Positions 61,844-64,000 of a stretch of 64,000 nt of DNA are shown here, piece after piece (the first letter of the stretch is position 1; each line of letters opens with the position of its first letter). The translations under genes and the position numbers were made by a program. Source of the stretch: Azolla caroliniana (Eukaryota > Plantae > Polypodiophyta); the NCBI GenBank assembly GCA_043228905.1, contig JBHGNT010000003.1, forward strand, positions 18,166,001-18,230,000, given 5' to 3'. The notes below the pieces were generated by a model. The model did not search any database. It was not told the DNA's origin and saw nothing but the letters and a program-made list of their open reading frames with translations.

Positions 61844-64000
61844 TGTTGAGAGACAAGCTCAACATCGGCCGGATCGGCTGAAGAAGCTGAGGACCGGATC
61901 GGTTGGGACCGATCGGTTAGGCCGAATGCGTAAACCGGTACGCAGACCGGTGCATAGGTAGGGCTGGATCGGTGCGTAAACCGGGAGGCCGTTAGGAAAG
62001 ATATTCTATGAGGAATATATTTGGGAGTTAGTGTAGGAGCTCTTAATGAGCATTGAAGTACTGTCAATACTTCGGTCAGTCCTTCTAGAACTTGTATAAA
62101 AGTGTTCATTAAACACACATATGTATAGAATGGTGAATAGAGTTTTTTGAATATAGTTCTTGTGTTTTCTCTCTATCACTCTCTCTGTCTCTCCCGTGTA
62201 TACTGCGTAAGCTCAAGCTCTCCATTAAACGTGAGTTTTCTTCCTTCTGTTTGGTCTTCATACTTGCTTCCGCATGTTACTCTTTACATGGTATCAGAGC
62301 GCGAGGGTTGAGAACCTCTCTGCAGCCGACACAACTTGACGAAGAAGAACAAGAAGAACGATGGATAGAGGCATGGCGAGCTCGTTTCCAACAGAGAAGC
62401 TCGACAGAACCAACTACGCGTCTTGGTCCTACAAGATGCACTAGTACCTACTTGGGCATGGCTACTGGAGTTATGTCGAAGGAACTAATGACGCGGCACT
62501 CGAATCGACACACAGAGACTTCCTGTCGTGGGAGCAATCAGCGAGAAGGGTATTATACTGCTTCGCGTTGTGTGTGGGCGAACAACTATTGAGCTATGTT
62601 CGGGATGCAAAGACGCTGAAGGGTGCGTGGGAAAATCTGAAGAAGATTTTCGCCGCGAGCACCACTGCCAGGAAGCTTCAGCTCCGACAGGAGTTGAGCA
62701 ACGTACGACAACGCGACTTGTCGGTGGCCTATACCTCAAAGATCAAGGATATCTGCGACTCCCTTGCCTCCATAGAGGTCAACATCGAGGAGAGCGAGAT
62801 GGTCCAGATCTGTCTCGGAGGTTTGGCGTCGAAGGTCGGAGCGTTCCGAACTGTTGTGTGTACCCGGGAGAATACGCCGTCCTTTTTCGACTTACAGTCG
62901 ATGCTCCTGGTAGAGGAGAACCACGCGGGTGCGTCGACGAGCATGCACACCGACAACAAGATGTTGTACACGGAGGGAGAAAGGCTCCGTGGTCATCCTG
63001 GATGAGGCAAGTCTGTACGCAATGGAAGCGGCTGACGAGATCAAGGAAGAAGGCACCGAAGTGATGCCGACAGCAACTCCGGACCCTCCGGAAACAGGGG
63101 GAGTCGAAGCGATTAGAACCGGCAAGGGAAGGCCATCACGGAGTGTTGGTACTGTGGCAAGAAAGGCCACAGGGAAAGTGAGTGCTGGAAGAAGCGCGCC
63201 GATTCAGAGAGAACCGATTCTAGAAACGGCTCCAGACATACCGACAAGGGAAATCGGCAGTAATCGCACTACGCCGAAGACTCCGGGAGAGCCGGAGAAG
63301 GGTCTGTCTTCGTGATGAGACACGAAGCAAACTCAATGAAACGGACCACCTCGAGATCGAACGAGGTGTGGTACGTAGACTCCGACGCATCAAACCACAT
63401 GACGAGCCATAAGGAGTGGTTCTCGTACCTTGAAAAACCGATATAACCTGGAGTAGTCACAACTGGAGATGACACTCCGCATCCGATCGCGAATGTCGGA
63501 GAAGTTCCCCTTAGCCATGTCGGGCAGAAAGGGAAACTCATGAACGTGCTGCACGTTCCGACAATCACGAAGAACTTGGTCTCGGTCGGACAGATCGTCG
63601 ACCAAGGGATGGAGGTTCGGTTTACACACCTCGGGTGCTTCATTGAGGAAGAAGGCCGTGTGATTGCGCAAGGGCGCAGAGACGGGAGGATGTTCATCCT
63701 CGATTCCACTGACAGCGGCACCGCAATGTTCGCGAAGGGACAAAAATCCGAGTCGGACATTGACTTGTGGCACAAGTGGATAGGCCACGTCAACTACCAG
63801 TGGCTTCAAGATCTGCAATCGAAACAAGTAGTGTTCGGATAGCCCAAATTTAGTGGCCGAAAGGCACAAATTTGTGAAGCTTGCCAGCTCGGGAAGCAAC
63901 ACCGACTTCCTTTCCCCAACGAGCAAAACCGGAGCCGGAACAACCTCGACCTTATACACTCCAATGTATGGGGGCCGGCACAAAACGTTAGTCTTGGCGG
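61844..64000 (+). mobile_element. Ty1/Copia element 5' part (LTR 61844-62288, Met-i PBS 62289-62300, gag, PR, start of IN)
   Basis: TGTTGA...TTTACA LTR; TGGTATCAGAGC PBS; gag AWENLKKIF...; CWYCGKKGHRESEC; WYVDSDASNHMT; LWHKWIGH. In-frame stops present. Confidence 0.93.

Overview
Eukaryotic nuclear DNA from a land plant, most likely a fern or other seed-free plant (inferred from the PLS-PPR style and TE families). It holds three host genes in heavily nested, mostly degenerate transposons. (1) The 5' part of a PLS-class PPR gene (minus, runs off the window start). (2) A 19-exon SAMHD1/VENOSA4-type HD-domain dNTP triphosphohydrolase (plus, 19106-26478) with a GC-AG intron, two micro-exons, a candidate His-rich uORF and a degenerate copy of its exon-1 end inside intron 1. 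(3) A 6-exon O-fucosyltransferase-family (GT106/DUF246) gene (minus, 29826-33477). TEs: a hAT-type MITE with an 8-bp TSD (plus a second truncated copy), several Ty1/Copia elements, a Gypsy-like family with a tRNA-Trp PBS (2 copies), a SWIM-bearing Mutator remnant with TIRs, a TSD-flanked chromodomain Gypsy whose 3' LTR has lost its promoter, and a 5'-truncated LINE whose ORF1 carries an unrecognised C-terminal domain. No convincingly new multi-gene system is evident. The best leads are the uncharacterised TE accessory domains, the SIN-like LTR with a putative leader intron, and the regulatory oddities of the SAMHD1 gene. Coordinates were read by hand and may be off by a few bases.
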